A DNA stretch of 17,441 nt from an uncultured bacterium (lineage in GTDB: Bacteria; Abyssobacteria; SURF-5), in assembly GCA_964510165.1 (NCBI GenBank), contig CAZEBC010000073.1, positions 1 to 17,441 on the forward strand, read 5' to 3'. This document shows positions 15,758 to 17,441 of this stretch, piece after piece. The notes beneath the pieces were generated by a model that was given only the letters and a program-made list of their open reading frames with translations, ran no database searches and had not been told where the DNA came from. Position 1 is the first letter of the stretch. Every line of letters starts with the position of its first letter. The translations under genes and the position numbers were made by a program.

Positions 15758-17131
15758 CTACCGCAAATACCCCAGCGAGCGAAGCTCCTCTCGCTCCCGA
15801 TCGGTCAACACGATTCTTTCGGGCTGGCCGCGCCCTGTGGACATCCATGTCCCCAGTTCCTTCCTCAGGACTTCCGCTACATCCCCTCGCGAATCCAGAA
15901 TATCAGCCTGCTCGGCGGGGTCTGCCGCGAGATCGTACAGCTCCTCTTCCTTCGAGCGTCTGTCAAAGTACAACTTGAACTCCCGCGTTCGAATTGCTCG
16001 TTTCAAGTCGTATTCCTCGTTATCCTTGTCGGCCTCGGCAAACGCATAGGGCCGCCACCCTGCCGTCGTTCCCTGGATTAACGGGAGCAGGCTTGCGCCC
16101 TCCATTCCCCCGGGTATCTTCAGACCGCACACCTCAAGGATTGTGGGCGCAAGATCGATCAACTGCACCTGTTCCTCCACCTGTCTGCCGGACGGCACGC
16201 CCGGGCCCACTACGATGAGAGGTATCCTTATGAGTTCGTCGTAGAGCGTGCGACTATGCAGCACCTTGCCGTGCTCGAAAAACTCCTCCCCATGGTCCGA
16301 GGTCACCACGATGAGCGTGTTCGAGAGCAGGTTTCTTTCTTCAAGGAATCCGAAGAACGTCTTGAGCTCGTCGTCAAGCTGGCGGATCACCGCGTCGTAA
16401 AGCGCCACCAGGTGACGCCGGTCTTCCTCCGAGACCGGAATCTTGCCGTCATTGATGTTCAGCAGCGTCTGGATGGTGCCCCGCATGCTGCCTTCGTACG
16501 AGGACTCGAACATCTTCAGGTATGGCTGCGACGGGTCATAGGTCGGGTGCACGTCATAGAAATGAAGGAACAGGAAGAATTTCTGCGGACGTTCGCGGAC
16601 AAGCCATTTCAGGGCCTCTTCGCACACGGCGGGCGCGCGGATTCCCCTTCGTTGCAGATAATAATCGAACCCCCTGCCGAATCCGTGTTTTTCGGAGAGA
16701 TAGTCGCAGGCCGCAAAGCCGCCGGTCGCATATCCCGCCTGCTTCATCAAAGCCGGCAGTGTAGCGACCTCTTCATTCAGCGCGAGCGTGTCCTCGATCA
16801 CACCGTGGCTGTGCGGATAAAGAGAGGTAAACAGCGACATGTGCGACGGCAAGGTCCACGGCGACTGGCTTATCGCGTTCATGAACGAGGTCCCGCGCCG
16901 CATCAGGCCGTCAAGCGTCGGAGAGGTTTCGCGTTCGTATCCATAGCCGTGGAGATGGTCGGCTCGCAACGTGTCAATCGAGATGAGGATGACATTGGGG
17001 GCGTCTTTGGCCGTCGCCGACTTTTCCTTTCCACATGCCATGAGTGCAGGAACAAAGAAGAGGAGCGCAAGGCAAATGAGCGGCACTTTGAGACGGCGCG
17101 CGTTACTGCCTCGATCAACCGCCGAAGTCAT
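15758..17131 (-). CDS. Sulfatase-like alkaline phosphatase superfamily enzyme, predicted lipoprotein
   Basis: PNVILISIDTLRADH, PWTLPSH, FLFLHFYDVH, TSDHGEEF, ELYDL..DP.E and C-terminal LRSLGY; basic then hydrophobic signal ending in the lipobox-like LMAC. Confidence 0.92.
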   Translation of the reverse strand: MTSAVDRGSNARRLKVPLICLALLFFVPALMACGKEKSATAKDAPNVILISIDTLRADHLHGYGYERETSPTLDGLMRRGTSFMNAISQSPWTLPSHMSLFTSLYPHSHGVIEDTLALNEEVATLPALMKQAGYATGGFAACDYLSEKHGFGRGFDYYLQRRGIRAPAVCEEALKWLVRERPQKFFLFLHFYDVHPTYDPSQPYLKMFESSYEGSMRGTIQTLLNINDGKIPVSEEDRRHLVALYDAVIRQLDDELKTFFGFLEERNLLSNTLIVVTSDHGEEFFEHGKVLHSRTLYDELIRIPLIVVGPGVPSGRQVEEQVQLIDLAPTILEVCGLKIPGGMEGASLLPLIQGTTAGWRPYAFAEADKDNEEYDLKRAIRTREFKLYFDRRSKEEELYDLAADPAEQADILDSRGDVAEVLRKELGTWMSTGRGQPERIVLTDREREELRSLGYLR

Positions 17132-17182
17132 GCGAAGAACTTATCCTCTAGCTAAAACCTCATCATGGATAGCGGAAAGCTC

Positions 17183-17191
17183 ATTATATCA
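17183..17191 (-). promoter_or_regulatory. Extended -10 promoter for the leftward sulfatase-like gene
   Basis: The minus strand reads TGaTATAAT, about 50 nt upstream of the start. Confidence 0.55.
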
Positions 17192-17216
17192 TATTCAATG
17201 TCCCAATCCGGTGCGC

Positions 17217-17246
17217 TTGACACTGTGTCCGTCTTCCTAGTAGTAT
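17217..17246 (+). promoter_or_regulatory. sigma70 promoter for the rightward sulfatase-like gene
   Basis: TTGACA (17217-17222), 18 nt, TAGTAT (17241-17246). Confidence 0.55.
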
Positions 17247-17288
17247 AAGTTTTCGGTATCAACCACGAAGTTCAGTTGGATTCACACC

Positions 17289-17441
17289 ATGCAGACTCTT
17301 CCGAAAAATCCCTCTCGGCTCCTTGCCGTGATGAGGCGGCTTTCTCCGTGCTTGCTTTGTGCACTGTTCATGAATTGCGCCGAGCCGCCGGAGCACCGCA
17401 ATCTCATTCTCATTTCCGTCGACGCGCTTCGTGCGGACCAT
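17289..17441 (+). CDS. 5' end of a second sulfatase-like protein, truncated by the window edge (alternative start 17331)
   Basis: The frame from ATG 17289 reads MQTLPKNPSRLLAVMRRLSPCLLCALFMNCAEPPEHRNLILISVDALRADH, matching NVILISIDTLRADH of the divergent neighbour. It is not in the ORF track. Confidence 0.85.
   Translation, partial: MQTLPKNPSRLLAVMRRLSPCLLCALFMNCAEPPEHRNLILISVDALRADH

Noticed and set aside
17259..17441. 60-aa minus-strand ORF at the window end
   Set aside because: It is antisense to the clear sulfatase-like N-terminus on the plus strand.

Overview
A GC-rich bacterial chromosomal window made mostly of housekeeping genes. In order: the tail of a probable YgiT-type zinc-finger gene, two small hypotheticals, two tandem PilT-family ATPases (-), recO (-), typA/bipA (-), and a TSUP (TauE/SafE) transporter with a TOBE-less ModE-like regulator (-). 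Next comes a divergent FMN-riboswitch-led ribD-ribE-ribBA-ribH-nusB-PHP cluster (+), then an acyl-CoA ligase (-) and two divergent sulfatase-like lipoprotein genes; the second is truncated by the window edge and missing from the ORF track. The most interesting content is non-coding. (1) A typA leader holds two terminator hairpins and an alternative anti-terminator pairing behind a near-consensus promoter, a candidate undescribed attenuator. (2) A ModE-type operator sits on the regulator's own promoter. (3) The FMN riboswitch has a 15-bp anti-aptamer helix, and ribD has no visible SD. (4) At least five unrelated small repeat families fill most intergenic gaps, including two 113-bp four-stem elements. 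I found no CRISPR array, tRNA, rRNA or transposase, and no novel multi-gene protein system that I can support. All calls come from reading motifs by eye; no database search was run.
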